This document shows positions 47,309 through 61,730 of a DNA stretch of 64,000 bases, piece by piece (position 1 is the first letter of the stretch; each line of letters starts with the position of its first letter). The notes under the pieces were generated by a model that did no database searches, was not told the origin of the DNA, and saw only the letters and a program-made list of their open reading frames with translations. The stretch lies in contig CM119264.1 in the NCBI GenBank assembly GCA_051294375.1, positions 28,872,696 to 28,936,695 on the forward strand, given 5' to 3'. The stretch is from Paraspadella gotoi (Eukaryota > Animalia > Chaetognatha). A program made the position numbers and the translations under genes.

Positions 47309-47627
47309 TGCCAACGACGTCGTCCAGCGTCTTTGGCGTCGGGGCGTGAGACGTCTCATCCTCGGCGTCTTTTCGCGGCGTCTTTTCCGTCGCCGCCGAC
47401 GCCGAGGATGGCGGCGAAACCGAAAACGTCGTCGGCGGCGACGATGACGTTGAACTGGAAGACATTTCGACGCTGGCGGCGCTGGCGGCGGCGTTGCCGG
47501 AAGTAGAGGGCGTGGCGGCGGGCGTGGTTGTGAGGGGGGCGGTGGAGGAGGAGGTGGAGGAAGAGGAAGTGGAGGAGGAAATGGGGTTGGAGGAGGAAGA
47601 GGAGGACGGAGCAGCGGACGTCATTTT
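33029..47627 (-). CDS. EPS8: EPS8-like protein (central EPS8 region plus SH3), multi-exon, one exon damaged by a gap
   Basis: Exons 47003-47627 (S/T/A/G-rich), 45758-46089, 45213-45336 ([18 protein letters not shown]; GC donor), 44675-44806 ([34 protein letters not shown]), 35646->35694 ([14 protein letters not shown], cut by gap), 35104-35222 ([12 protein letters not shown]), 34331-34429, 33858-34008, 33029-33524 (SH3 [36 protein letters not shown], then Q-rich tail). The 5' end is uncertain. Confidence 0.88.
35720..39300. other. Very low-accuracy gap-fill sequence duplicating neighbouring DNA
   Basis: 25-N gaps at 35695-35719 and 37200-37224; 36481-36520 echoes 35624-35660, and 38900-39045 echoes 43950-44095. 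Confidence 0.75.
40363..40741. repeat. Foldback (MITE-like) inverted repeat, ~160-bp arms with ~63-bp spacer
   Basis: 40363-40522 is the reverse complement of 40586-40741 (GTTCGTGCGGACCGAA...TTTTATTGCTAT). Confidence 0.85.
40845..42850. repeat. AT-rich satellite, ~20 units of ~85-112 bp built from GATGATATTTAAAA subunits
   Basis: Recurrent GGAAACCGATTTA anchors at ~40891, 40981, 41093, 41192 ... 42655, 42752. Confidence 0.92.
42858..43345. repeat. Degenerate pentanucleotide (CACTT/CACGT/CACTC)n repeat
   Basis: Directly visible; also at ~37165-37330 and in reverse orientation at ~35840-35950. Confidence 0.85.
46500..46998. repeat. (ATCC)n microsatellite in an EPS8 intron
   Basis: Directly visible. 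Confidence 0.93.
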
Positions 47628-49427
47628 CTGTCGAGAACAATTTTAAAATTGTTTTTATTACATAATGTAAAAAAAAAAAAATTAATATCACAGCGTAAAC
47701 TGGAAGGTCTTATCACATCGTCATGTAATCAGATTAGCAGAAATTTAAAAAAGTACCCGATTTCTTTCTTGTTAACTTATGAGACTCAAAATCATGAATT
47801 GAATAAATATGAATATCATCGCATGATTATATAAAGGGAATCTTCCGAAACTTTAATTGTATCAGAATCATGCCATGGGCCGGAAATAAGTAATGATTAA
47901 AAAAGATGAATTGAAATGCCTTTTTTAATCTATTTTTTCAATAAATCTTTGTTAGTCTTAAGTACAATTTATAATTCGGTCAAAACCCGAACTGGAATTC
48001 CCGCATCTTTCCCAAAATTCTTTGTTCAAAAAATATTTTTAAAAACAAAAGTTTGTGATTTTAAGCAGCGAAGTTTTTCGTTTTTCTGAATATAATTTTT
48101 TATCTTTCACGTTTTTTTTCTTTCAAATTTTGACGACCCCATAGTAAGAGCGCGTGTTCGGCCATCGCACCATGGATTAGCCCCATGATTCCAGTGGCGT
48201 GCGGTGGCAGCGCGAGCTCCGCCCGGGAGCACGGTGCGCGTGCTGCCCGTAGATGAGGACGAGACGACGACGACGATAAAGACGACGATGAAGACGACGA
48301 TGAAGACGACGACGATGACGAGCCCGGCATCAGCGGGAAAAAACTTTGACAGGCGTTGGAAAAGAAGGCAAGAAAAAAAAAGAGGTTTGCACAAGGATTT
48401 TTGTAAAAATTTTTCGATTATTTCGAGATTTGAAGTAACTACAGTAAATATGTTTGTTATTATTATTAATTTCGATTTATCAATAGAGATATAAGTTATT
48501 TATTATTTTACTTTTCTCTATTAATAAAAAGAATATCAAAAGTATTTTTGAATTCCTTAGTTTTCCGAAATCTTTGCTTGTAACATAATATACGCAGGGG
48601 ATTACCGATGTTCTTTTAATTTTTATTTTCCCTTCTTGTACGCCCTCTTTCGTTCAAATCATTGATTCTTGTCCTGATGACAAACAAAAGATTAACGTAG
48701 TATTCTAAAAAAAGGAAATTGACAAAAAAATTGTTATTGATTAGTTGAAGGTATCATTTGAAAAATATGTATATGGCTCTGTAGACGCAACAAGTCGCAA
48801 CAACGCGTCCACAGGTCTTTATTAAAAAAAAAAGGTTTGAAAGATATATAAACGATTTTAATACGAAATAAAATATAAATAATTAGAATTCTAATTAAAT
48901 ATTTTTTTTTCTAGATATATTATATCTGTGCTCGTATGGAAAGCCGAAATCATCAAAAAGCTAAAGGAATACGAACCAGTCAAGCCAGGGGAAGTACAAG
49001 CCCCCTCACGGTACGCTTCGGGGGGGGGAATCAATATTTAACATTTTAAATATGACAGGAACTATTTCAGATTCAATTTTTAAACCTTTCTACAAAATAT
49101 TTTAATCAAATTACACTATATTGTTTTGTCTACATTTGTAATTGTGATGTAAGAATATTTTGTTTGGATTTTATGTAAGTATTAATGTAAGTTCTATATA
49201 AAAATACATATACATAAGTATAAAAAAATCCTTCCTCCATTTTCATTTGGTTTTTTAGCTGATGAAAACGGTTGAGAAATAAATTGCGTGGGCGCCGAAG
49301 TGTCGGTCGGTCATTCGGTCTGTCTGTCTGTCGGTCGGTTTTTTCCCGCCGCTCGTCAAACGAAGCCGGCGTCGACGGGCGACGCAATCGAAGCTTGTGG
49401 TCAGCAATTCTCCTCAGTGAAAACATT

Positions 49428-49485
<58 letters not shown>

Positions 49486-49503
49486 CCTCTCTCTTCTCCC
49501 TCC

Positions 49504-49536
<33 letters not shown>

Positions 49537-49539
49537 ATT

Positions 49540-49601
<62 letters not shown>

Positions 49602-51284
49602 TCTCACTTCCTCCCTCTCTCTCCCCCTCTCTCCCTCCCTCCATCTCTCTCTCCCTCTTTCACATATCATCTTATTTATTTCTACAAGCCATGACACCTG
49701 TCAAACGGCCCAGTTACCAATTAGACTTCTCCTAAACCTTTTTATTTTCCTCATTGTTTGATGAAGATTGACTTAGACGGGTTTTGGAAATTAAATTTAG
49801 CGAATAACAATCGTCATGCGATCCATAACAGAGTTAATAAAATATTTTACTTAAATAACATATCATTCAAAAGGTTTTTCCCCCGAGATATATTCTAGAT
49901 ATTATGGTGATTGAATCAATCAATTTTCACAATGATAATGATGTGGTAAATAAAAAAAAAATAAGAAAAGAAAAATAAATATGTAGAAAAATGTACTAAT
50001 TTTATTATCCACGCGAGTTCTCTTTTGACTACCTCACTTTTGGGTAAGTAAAATACGGTCATGTCAATGCGGCTTATTTCGTGAAACACTAGTTAATTTA
50101 AAGATAATAACCGTTTACAATACTACAGTAACCATAATATGACTGTTTTTTTTTTGTAGCCGCGTAATTGTTTTAATAATTAAAAACAGTTTGATCAAAT
50201 CCACTCAACCCCTCTTTGTGCTTCGTCCAAGTTTGATTGAAAAGATTAACATTTTCCTACCAATTCTCTCCGGAGGAAAAAAAAACAACTGAATAAGCGT
50301 AACTGTCACGGCGTGTCACGACGTGTCACTGTTCTCCGTAGTTTCTTAGCAAATTGGGCCCTTGGCCATTAAGCTACTAGGTTTTGCCTACATTGCTGAT
50401 AACAACGCTTTCAATTTTAAAGTTGTACTAGTCTAACGTCATTGCTTTTCCTTGCAGAAATTCAAATTTAACAAAAAATCATTCGATTACTAAGTTTTTT
50501 TTACGATTTCTTTAACTTTTATAGATGACGTATATATAACTAATTATTTATTTATAGTTATTAACTATATATGAAAATTTGCAAATTACTTGTTTCACTA
50601 TTTTTTATTTTTCTATTTTAATATTTTAATATTTTCATGAAGGATTTCGTATTTAATCTATATTATTTATTAAAATATATATTGCTTTCTTTTTTAAAAA
50701 TGTTTTATTTATCTAATAATTCAATTTGGGAAGGGGAAGTCAGTGTTGTCTTCTGGAAATAGAGGGAGCATCTATACAACACAAGGTTAGATTACTATCT
50801 GTCCTAGTTTTCTAATAGATATCACACATCATTTCTGTTAGAAAGTCATTAATGAAAAATCATAATATCTAAGAGGCTGAACAGAAAGGGGTGGGAATGG
50901 ATAATTTTTTGAGGACCAACGTTATATATGATTTTTTTTACCAATAGGGATAGGACTACCATGTAGAATTGTATGTTCTGATAGGGATACATACTGGGGA
51001 AAGGTCTATAGGGGCACCTTTATGTCATGAATATAATTTTAAAATACTTTAATGAAAATTTTATTTTTCTTTACCTATTTTTTAATTATTTCTTTTTTGA
51101 ATATTTTTTATCTTTTATGTTTATACAACGGGAAGGTCATCAGTTGGGAACCTAACTCAAACACGTGTCGATAACTCAGTAGACAAATATGATGAGAGAG
51201 AGTGAGAAAAAAAGAGAGGAAAACAAAAAAAAAGGGGGAGCGAAAGAGAGAGTGAGAGAAAGAGAAAGAGAGAGAGAAAGAAAA

Positions 51285-51334
<50 letters not shown>

Positions 51335-51469
51335 AGAAAGAGAAAGCGAGAGAGAAAGAAAGAAAAAAAAATACATAAAAAAGAAATAAAAAAATAAGTA
51401 TAAAAACATATTCTCTTGTAGCACCTTCAGCATCTTGCAACAGCATCCCCCCTCCATGCATCCATTGCA

Positions 51470-51605
51470 GCGATTGCTGTCTGCTGCGTCTGCAGCGTCT
51501 GCAGCGTTAAGTCTGCAGGGATGGCTGCGTCTGCTGCATCCGCAGCGTCTGCAGCGTTAAGTCTGCAGGCATGGCTGCGTCTGCTGCATTCGTTGCGTCT
51601 GCTCT
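51470..51605. repeat. 50-bp tandem repeat (~2.5 copies) built from GCGTCTGCA subunits
   Basis: GCAGCGTCTGCAGCGTTAAGTCTGCAGG(G/C)ATGGCTGCGTCTGCTGCAT repeated. Confidence 0.8.
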
Positions 51606-52793
51606 GACGAGATCGACTCTCTCTTTCTTTCATCCGTTGACGGCGAATTGAAAACATGAAAAATGACAGGAAAACCAGAGGCAAAGGGGAGGGGAGGAGG
51701 GGAAACGAAAAAAACCTTCATTTCACGAAATCCTAATAAAATAAACGAATCGAATCTCTTACAAATACTTTCAATCGACTCCTCACGAATCCCTCTCATC
51801 TCCCTTCTCTCTCTCTCTCTTTCTCTCTACTCTCCGCCCTCGTTCCTCTCTCTTCTCCTCTGCGCTCTCTTCTCTGCTCTCTCACAATCTCTCCTCTCTC
51901 TTCCTCCTTTTTTTTTTCTTCTCTCTCTCTTCCCTACTCTTTTTCTCTCTCTCTGTCTCTTCCTCTTTTTTTCTCCATCTCTCTCTTCCTCCTTTTTACT
52001 TCTCTCTCTCTTCCTTCTTACTTTAATCCATCCCTCAACGTCTTCACCGTCCACCCGTCTGACCCCCCTCAACCTTTTTTTTTTCTTTCTCCCCAACCAC
52101 CTCAACCACCATTCACCCCCAGCTCCGCCCACCTTTCTCCCCGCTCTTCACCCCATTCCTNNNNNNNNNNNNNNNNNNNNNNNNNCTTGATAAACGAGCA
52201 ACAATTAAAAATTGACAATTAACAATTGACAATTAACAATTAACAATCAACAATTAAAAAAAATATAGATCTTCATCTTTTATCGGCATTTTTTAAAAAA
52301 AAAATTTCTTCTTTTAAATTATTTTCTTCTTTCCTTTCCTCTCCCTTTCTTTCCTTTTCTCTTTCTTTTCTTTTCCTTTTTTTCCCTTTATTTTGGTGAG
52401 AGTCGGTCAAATGACTTTCGGTCTTTTTCTTTTCCCGCTCCGACGATTCCTCACGAGCGTGTTTGACGGCGGCGGCGGCTGCTGCGGCGGCTGCGGCGGC
52501 GGCGGCTTCGGCGGCGGCTGCGGCGGCGAACTTTACCTTTTGATCTGAAAATATGGACGGTTCATACAGATCATTTCAAATCTCCAAGCACTTAACAGCC
52601 GATCTTTAACCTCACTCTGTTGATTGCTTTAACCTAGCATCTAATCATGTAAAAATGTAATGTAAATGTAATCAGACAAATTTTTTATCAAGTATACAAC
52701 ATTCTTTTTTAGCTTCTTTTTTTTTCTTTCTCTGTCGAACTAATGTTTTCCCTTCTTTTTTCTTGATTAATTTTTTCACGAACGCCACGCTTA

Positions 52794-52794
<1 letters not shown>

Positions 52795-52868
<74 letters not shown>

Positions 52869-52910
52869 TCATTCTTTCTTATTTCTTTCTTTCCTTATTT
52901 CTTTCTTTAC
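52795..52910. repeat. (TTTC)n microsatellite
   Basis: Directly visible. Confidence 0.95.
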
Positions 52911-55900
52911 CTTTTATTTTTTCTTTCTCTTTTTTTTAATCTCAACTTTTTTTTCTTTCTTTTCTTCTTATTTTTTCCTCTCAAATTTATCTTACTCCCT
53001 TCCCCAAACGACGATTGAAAACCGATGACAAGTGTAGGAAAGAAGAAAAGAGAACAAGGAAAATATTAAGTTCNNNNNNNNNNNNNNNNNNNNNNNNNNN
53101 NNNNNNNNNNNNNNNNNNNNNNNNNNNNNNNNNNNNNNNNNNNNNNNNNNNNNNNNNNNNNNNNNNNNNNNNNNNNNNNNNNNNNNNNNNNNNNNNNNNN
53201 NNNNNNNNNNNNNNNNNNNNNNNNNNNNNNNNNNNNNNNNNNNNNNNNNNNNNNNNNNNNNNNNNNNNNNNNNNNNNNNNNNNNNNNNNNNNNNNNNNNN
53301 NNNNNNNNNNNNNNNNNNNNNNNNNNNNNNNNNNNNNNNNNNNNNNNNNNNNNNNNNNNNNNNNNNNNNNNNNNNNNNGAAGCAGCAACGCAGCACAGGA
53401 AAGCCACAGAGCCGCAGCCTCATCAAATTTCCATTTGTTTTTTTTTTTCAATATTTTAATTTTCTTTCTTGCTTATATTCACCTGCCTCCAAAATTATCT
53501 AACTATATTTAATTTCTTTCTTTCTTTCCTTTTTCTTTTTAAATTTCTCTCCCTTTTTTTATTCTAGAAGTTAATTGGCTCATCGCCAGGCAAAAGCCAA
53601 TGGAATCCTTCGTCGTTCAGACTTTAGGTCATTCACTTTTTTTTGGAAATTGTTTTTTTTTCTTTTACAATTGTTTTCTTCCGAATTCTATTAGATTTTT
53701 CTCCGTCTCTGCAACCTTCACAAATGATTAGTTGCTGCCAAGACTCAGTTTCATTTCGGGTCAGTGTATAATGTAGATCACTCTTTGTCTGTCTCTTTGT
53801 CCGTCTAGCTATCTTTCATTCTTGGGAACGGTATGAGTCAGTCAGAAGAAACACATTGACATTTTTTCCACATCCTAAACGAACTTTTTCCTTCCTCGCC
53901 GCCATTATTCGACCCTTTTCTTCAGTGGGCGTTCCCAAAGACCTTTTTTTTCCTTTTTCCTCCTGACCATTTTCTTTTTCTAAGGATTGAGGGACATTTC
54001 GGACTCCCGAGTCACAACCCGCCCAGCCACACCCAAACTACCTCGCCAACCATTCACTTGCTGCCTCACTCACAAAATTTTTCCTCCAAACACATCTGAA
54101 TCCATTTTACAAGAACCATAATTTCCATTGGCGTTTGCGTTGGAAGGCAACTACCGAGTTTTATCTGCCTTTCATTCATTAATCATTTATTTGGAGTAAT
54201 GTCGTGGAAAAGGAGAAAAGGGGAGAGTGGGAGAGAGATAGNNNNNNNNNNNNNNNNNNNNNNNNNNNNNNNNNNNNNNNNNNNNNNNNNNNNNNNNNNN
54301 NNNNNNNNNNNNNNNNNNNNNNNNNNNNNNNNNNNNNNNNNNNNNNNNNNNNNNNNNNNNNNNNNNNNNNNNNNNNNNNNNNNNNNNNNNNNNNNNNNNN
54401 NNNNNNNNNNNNNNNNNNNNNNNNNNNNNNNNNNNNNNNNNNNNNNNNCGGCATATAATCAGATGCCACAATACTTTAATAAAATACTCATCAATTTGCT
54501 ACTAATATGTATAAAAGTTGGAGATTTCAATACAGAGAAAAAACTCATAAATCTTACAGTTCAATCTTTCAATAGTCGCGCAGACAAAAGAACGAAGCGC
54601 TTTGAGAAAGAGAATAAGACGCCCCTGATGGTTCTNNNNNNNNNNNNNNNNNNNNNNNNNNNNNNNNNNNNNNNNNNNNNNNNNNNNNNNNNNNNNNNNN
54701 NNNNNNNNNNNNNNNNNNNNNNNNNNNNNNNNNNNNNNNNNNNNNNNNNNNNNNNNNNNNNNNNNNNNNNNNNNNNNNNNNNNNNNNNNNNNNNNNNNNN
54801 NNNNNNNNNNNNNNNNNNNNNNNNNTATTTTCGTACCTTCAAAGTTGAGGGCGAAGAAAAACCACTGAACAAGGAATTGATTTCCCATTCTGTATTTAAA
54901 TGTAACACGTCCCGCTCGTTGGTAATCGTTACGCCCCTTAACCCTTTAAGAACATTTTTATGCTTAAAAACCCATTATATAAAGAGCAAGTTAGTGTCAT
55001 GTGTAATTAAGTAATGAATGTCGTAACACATGACACTTATTAATAATGACACTATATAATAATTGACTAATTCCTGTTGGTTCTTCTTTTGTAAAGATTT
55101 ATGCTTGGAATTGAATTTTTGAAAAAAGTTACCATAACAGTGATCTCAGTGATTAAAAAAATATATTAATTAAACATTTAAATATATTTTAATTTTGCTT
55201 GATTAATTTCATTTTTGTGACTTTATTTAAACTCCATTTCTCGTCTCTCTTTGCCACAGTCTCGCTACTGCTCTGCTACATTTTAGCTCCAGCCGAGCAA
55301 AAGCCCTGCTCCGGAGGCTCGTTTCCTCGGCTTGATTCCGGCCGTTTCTCGGTCGTCGGTTCCCTTTTCCGGCAGAAGTTTGATATTCGTCTTTCCTTTT
55401 CTTTTCTTTTCTTTTCTTTTCTTTTCTTTNNNNNNNNNNNNNNNNNNNNNNNNNNNNNNNNNNNNNNNNNNNNNNNNNNNNNNNNNNNNNNNNNNNNNNN
55501 NNNNNNNNNNNNNNNNNNNNNNNNNNNNNNNNNNNNNNNNNNNNNNNNNNNNNNNNNNNNNNNNNNNNNNNNNNNNNNNNNNNNNNNNNNNNNNNNNNNN
55601 NNNNNNNNNNNNNNNNNNNNNNNNNNNNNNNNNNNNNNNNNNNNCGTCCCGACATCTCGCGTCTCAAACTCAAACGATCATTTGCGACGATCGACGATCG
55701 ACGTCATCTCGATTAAACGGATCTCGAATCAAAAGCGTCGAGTTCATCGCTAATGTCGCCTTTTTTAATATTCGCTCTCNNNNNNNNNNNNNNNNNNNNN
55801 NNNNNNNNNNNNNNNNNNNNNNNNNNNNNNNNNNNNNNNNNNNNNNNNNNNNNNNNNNNNNNNNNNNNNNNNNNNNNNNNNNNNNNNNNNNNNNNNNNNN

Positions 55901-55994
55901 NNNNNNNNNNNNNNNNNNNNNNNNNNNNNNNNNNNNNNNNNNNNNNNNNCGCCCCCCCCTATTCCCCCCCTCAATTCCGCCCCTCCTCCTCCTC

Positions 55995-58900
55995 CTCTTA
56001 TCCACGCGTCCCGTGTTAGGACCCGAGCGATAAGACGCGGGCAAACAAAACCCGGTATTGGAGTCGTTAAGCAAATAAGTTATCGCACGGAATAACGTTT
56101 TATGCTCGAACGAGTTTTTGGCGTCGGGAGAGAAGGCGGCGGGTTTTCGGGGGGATGGAGGTAGAAGGGGGTGGAGGGGGAGAGGCGGATGGGAAGGCGT
56201 GTAGTCGGGCATTGCAATATGTTCACTTTGTTCTCTATGTTCATTTTTTTTTCACCTCACCTATAAGCATGTGGATAATCGAGTAAAACAATCAGCTCAT
56301 GACCAATTGGTAACAGGCCTCGGTGGCTTGGAAACACCTCAAGCCTGGTTCCAAGCCCAGGACCCGTTCCATGGCTGCTGGAGTGGGTTAAAGAAGCTGC
56401 AGATAGCAATCTTCAGCCACGGGTGTGAGAGTTCATCCGGTTGCGTGTAGAGATGCCAGGGAGATGCAAATGGACCAGGGTAAAATTGGAGAGGCGGTGT
56501 CTGACTCGATGTGGGACACTTGGGCTGCGTGATGCTTAGTTTTAAAAGATTTTGTGACCTCGCTGGACGTTTCTAGCGTAAGAAAGAAATCTCACAGGTT
56601 GAACACTGGACTGATCTCGGCCGGGGTTTAAGCCTGGCTTGTAGACTACTGGTCTTCTCAGGTATCACAATTGGGCCTAAATTAATAAGACCAGACTGTT
56701 CTTGATCTTTGAAGTGGACTTGTGTATAGGTTCAAAGACCGGGATCGGCAGGACCCGTTTCATGGCTGCTAGAGGGGGTAAATAAGTCTTCGGCCCACTT
56801 AGCGCCTTGTCATTAAATTTACAATTCTCTGTTTTTTTTTGCATCTATGAAAGTTGCAAAATTACTATCACTATTTTTATTTTTTATTTTTTAGATTTAA
56901 AATAACTATTATTTATGATGTTAGTTAAAATGTTTTATGTTAAATATTTAAATATAGTATTATTTATCTGTTTGGGATAAGCGTCGCAGCAGTCAATGAA
57001 GACAGAGGATAAATTGTTATGTTTTCCTAACAGCTTTGTTTTTTTTTAAGAGAAAAAATACATCGACAGAAATAGATTAAAAAAATAGACGGAAGGAATA
57101 ATAAATTAATCATTAATCGTTGAACGAAAACAGAAACGAAGAACAAAAAGAGAAAGAAATGAGGAAAAAGAGAAAAAGAAAAAGAGAAAATTAATTTGAC
57201 GAGAAGAAAAGAAGGGAAAAATATTGGAAGAGAAAATGAATTAAAAAGAAGAAAATGAAATAAAAATAAGAAAATGAATTAAAAAGAAGAAAATGAAATA
57301 AAAAGAGGAAAATGAAATAAAAGAAATAAGAAAATGAAATAAAAAGAAGAAAATGAAATAAAAAGAAGAAATATAAGAAAAAATGAAATGAAATAAGAAA
57401 ATGAAATGAAACAAGAAAATAATTTAAAAAAAAGAAAATGAAATGAAAGAGGATAATGAAATAAAGAGGAAATATAAAAGAAATAAGAAAATGAAAATAA
57501 AAAGAAGAAAATGAAATAAATAAAGAAAATGAAATAGCAAAAGAAGAAAATGAAATAAAAAATGAAATGAAATAAGAAAATGAAAATAAAAGAAGAAAAA
57601 TTAAAAGAAACAAAGAAAAATAAATAAAATATTAGTTGTAACCAATTTCATAAGAAAATGAAATAAAAAAAAGAAATAAATAAGAAAATCAAATAAAATA
57701 AGAAAATGAAATAAAAANNNNNNNNNNNNNNNNNNNNNNNNNCACAAGGAGATCTCCTCTTATTCCACGCGTCCCGTGCTTAGGACCGAGCGCATAAGAC
57801 GCGCGCCAACAAACCGGTTATTGGAGTCCGTTAGGCAAATAAGCGTTCATCGCACGGAATATAACGTTTTATTGCTCGCAACGGACGGTGTGAGTATATT
57901 TGCGACTGTCGGAGAGAAGGCGGCGGGTTTTCGGGGGATGGCAGCGTAGAGGAGGGTGGAGGGGGAGGAGGGGGATGGGAAGGTTGGGCGTGGTAGGATG
58001 GTCGAGGCTATGTGTGCAAATATGGATCGTTCACACTTTGGTTCTCTATGTTTCATTTTTTTTCACCTCGCCTATAAGCATGTGGATTAATCGAAGTAAA
58101 ACAATCAGTCTCATGACAATTGTAACGGAGGCCGGTGGTGGCTTTGGAAACCCGACTCAACGCCTGGTTCCAAGCCCAGGACGCCGTTCCATGGCTGCTG
58201 GAGTGGGTTAAAGAAGTCTGCAGATAGCAATCTTACAGCCACGGGTGTGGAGAGTTCAGTCCGGGTTGCGGTGTAGAGGATGCCAGGAGAATGGCGAAAT
58301 GGATACCGAGGGTAAAAATTGGAAGAGAAGCGGGTGTTCTGACTCGATGTGGCGACCACTTGGCTGCGTGAATGCTGCTAAGTTTCTAAAAAAGATTTTT
58401 GTGACGTCGCTTCGAACCGTTGTCTTAGCGTCATCGAAAAGAATCTCACAGCGTCGAACAACGTAGGACTGGATCTGGCGACGGGGTTTTTAAGCCTGCG
58501 CCTTGTAGACTACTGGTCTTGCTACAGGGTATCCGAACAATTTGGGTGGGTCCTAAAATTAAAATAGACCAGATGATGCTCCAGGAAGCTTTCTCTTGGG
58601 ATCTTGTTGGGGAATGTCTGACTTTGTGTGGAGAGTGGTATGTGTGGGCGCTAGTTGTATAGAGGAAGATCCTATCAGGAGAACTGGAATCTTTGTTTGT
58701 ATCGAGATAAACGAGCTAGATCCGCATGAAGGTTGTGCTCAGGCTGTTTTATATCTTTTGTGTATTTTATTTAGTTCCTAACGTTTTGTTCATGACTTCT
58801 ATGATTGTGTATGCGTGAAAATTAATTCAGTCTGGATTTAAAAGCTCTTGATGAAAAGTAAATACTTTTATTATTACTTTATACACAAAATCGTGGTTCA

Positions 58901-59600
58901 AAAGGACGCGGATGCGGCAGAGGACCCGTTTCATGGCTGCTAGAGGGGAGTAAATAAGTAATTACGGCCCACGTTAGCATCGTTGTCATTAAATTTACCA
59001 TTCCCTGGTTTTTTTTTTGCATATCTAAGTGCTATGACAAGTTGGCAGAAATAACTTGTTTCAGCTAAAAATGTTTTTAATTAAATATTTAAATAGTAAT
59101 TAATTCATTTATCTGTTTGGGATAAGCGCCGGGGCAGCAAAAAAGTTCAATGAAGACAGAGGAATAAATTGTTATGTTTTCCGCTAACAGCTTTGTTTTT
59201 TCATTTTTAAAGAGAAAAAAATACATCGACAGAATAGATTAAAAAAAGAAGACGGAAAGGTAAATACGAGTCAAATTAATCATTAATCGTTGAACGAATG
59301 GACAGAAAACGAAGAACAGAAAAGAGGAAAGAATTGAGGAAAAAGAGAAAGAAGAAAGGAGAAAATTACATTTGCGAGAAGAAAAGAAGGGAAAGTATTG
59401 GAAGAGAAAATGAATATTAAAAAGAAGAAAATTGAAATAAAATAAAGAAAATGAAAGTTAAAAGAGAAAATGAAATAAAAAGAAGAAAATGAAATAAAAA
59501 GAAGAAAATAAAATGATAGAGAAAAAATGAATGAAATAGAGAAAATGAAAATGAAACAGCAAGAAAAGTAATTATTAAAAAAAGAAAAATGAAAAAAAAT
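55995..59600. repeat. Tandem duplication across a 25-N gap (~55995-57717 versus 57755-59600, second copy noisy)
   Basis: CTTAT(T)CCACGCGTCCCGTG(C)TTAGGACC begins both copies; gap at 57718-57742. Confidence 0.9.
57225..57717. repeat. A-rich (AGAAAATGAAATAAAA)-type minisatellite
   Basis: Directly visible; matching tracts at ~59400-59600 and ~63130-63600. Confidence 0.9.
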
Positions 59601-60377
59601 ATTATTGAAAAATATTAATATATAATTACTAATTATATATTGTAAAAGTTAAAGCATATATGTTTGTTAATAATTTTTACACATTTTGTTCTATGTAAGT
59701 AATATATAATCGAACAATATTGAGTGAGTTTAATTATTATATATAATTTTAGTCAATAAAATGTTTTTTTGATAAAGTAATAAATTATAATAGACTTAGC
59801 ATATTTTAAAGCTGGAATATGAATTTTGAGATTAAAGTGCTCCACTAATATTTTATGGCTGTTATTATTATTTGAGATTAAGTTATTAATTAAATATCAG
59901 CAATATTTTTCTTGAAATATAAAAATTAATATCTGTATGTATTTATTTTTTATAATAAAGTTATATATAATTTTTTAAAAAAATGTTGTGTTTTATATTA
60001 AGGGGCTTAAATAAGATGAGGTAACTGCGAAATATTTGAGAACGCATATTGTGTAACTTTTATCCTTAAGAAATAGATGCCATGCTTTGAAGAACGAACT
60101 GATATGATTATTAATTTTGTTTTTTTTAAATTAATGATTGTCTTGACTGTATAATTCTGTAGAATAATGATAGATGTATAACGACATTAAAAACTTGTAA
60201 GCATTTCAACTAAACTAATTTAATAAAAAATTTTATAAAAATTTTCAAAAACTTTAAAATGAGACATTTAAAAAAAAACCATGGCCATTTGATATCGAAT
60301 TTTTCACTGACGCTACCACATTAAAGTGTCTACATATGGTCATAATCCTTTAAAGGATTTTTATAAGAGTTTCAGAG

Positions 60378-61730
60378 ATGGCAAGCTTCTTTTGTGTTTT
60401 CCTTGTTTTGACATCCTCATTCTGCCGCTCTCGTGAGTAACTTAAGTGAAACAATTTTTTACGAATTATACGATTATTTTTTTTCTTTTTATTAACTTTT
60501 CATGACAAAATTGCGAATCTGCTTATTTCACAGAACTAAGAAAAAACTTTGACATTAATTCTGAGTGGTGGATGGGTACTAATGGTATAAATAATCGGCA
60601 TTAAAGGTGACGAAAATTGAGAATGTTAAAAATATAAATTTCTGTTGATATGATAAATTATTAGTTAGTTATCGTGTGATTTGTTGCCTAGCACATTTAT
60701 GCATAAATTGTTTTAAGGATGTCTGATCCGACATCAATTTCAACCAAGCTCATGAACAGGCTCCATGGATACAGCAGAATCAAATGCGAACAGCAGTGTT
60801 CGACGCCTCACGTCTGAACAAACGTGCGTTGCTATGAAATGTCTCTTGGTTGAAAGAAATATTTTAAATTCAATGAGGTTTATTTCTTTGCTTGATACTT
60901 TTGTTTGATACTGATCATTATAATTTTTTGACAACATCTAGCACCAATACCAGATAGGACGCTGATCTCAATTACAACAAAAGGATTTAACTCAAAGAAC
61001 AACTCTGTTATCACTGCGTATATCGAATATGCTATTTCTTGAGTTTGGAAACTTGTTTAGGACATTACTTGCATTTTGTAAATGTTTCAATTCAAAGGAA
61101 AATAAAGACAAGAACCGATTGAATGCCTACACCAGTGTATTGCAAAAGTTGTTGAAGATTGCACAGAGTGCATGGTTGTGTGAGTGACCTAGGTGCACTG
61201 TGATCTGGGCCTAGAGCAAGATGTAACAACTAGCGAATAAGTACTTTGGTTGGTTTAGGGGGCAAGTATGTCGATTATGCTGTTAAAATAGCCTGAAGTG
61301 AAAAATTTCGCAAATGTAAATGTGAAGTAAAAATCTAATATGAGTTTATGTAATATGTTACATACTTTGTTAATTTAGCATGTTTCAGTGTGTGTGCAGG
61401 GTTTATTTGGCAAAATGTTGGATGAGAATTAAATTATTTGACGCCGTGTACAAAATCCATCGTCGAGATCCCGATTGATTTCTTTTTTGTTTAGGCACAG
61501 CTAATGTTATTTGTAGGAGAGTACAAGTGTGTATTTTATAGATTTTTTAGTCGGGTGGCTGCTTATTAGAGCAGATTCCGACTCTATAAGCTATCTGCTT
61601 TCGTTCGATCCTGTACCACGGATTGTCAGAAGGGTTGTTCGGGCAACATCGCTTAAAAGAGTGGCAGCCGAAATTAATGCCTTTTGATCAAATTATGTCA
61701 TATGAAGCCAAATACTGCCAGTTGACATGA
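60378..61730 (+). CDS. Putative secreted Cys-rich protein with PAN/apple-like segments, multi-exon, frameshifted by sequence noise
   Basis: Exon 60378-60432 signal-like MASFFCVFLVLTSSFCRS|GTGAGT; exon 60534-60575 joins in phase (QLRKNFDINSEWWM). Later segments read HGYSRIKCEQQCS..EQTCVA (~60718-60877), IECLHQCIAK..DC (~61061-61210) and VCVQGLFG (~61389). Confidence 0.4.

Noticed and set aside
52987-56212. Long ORFs containing X runs
   Set aside because: Open only because they cross N gaps.
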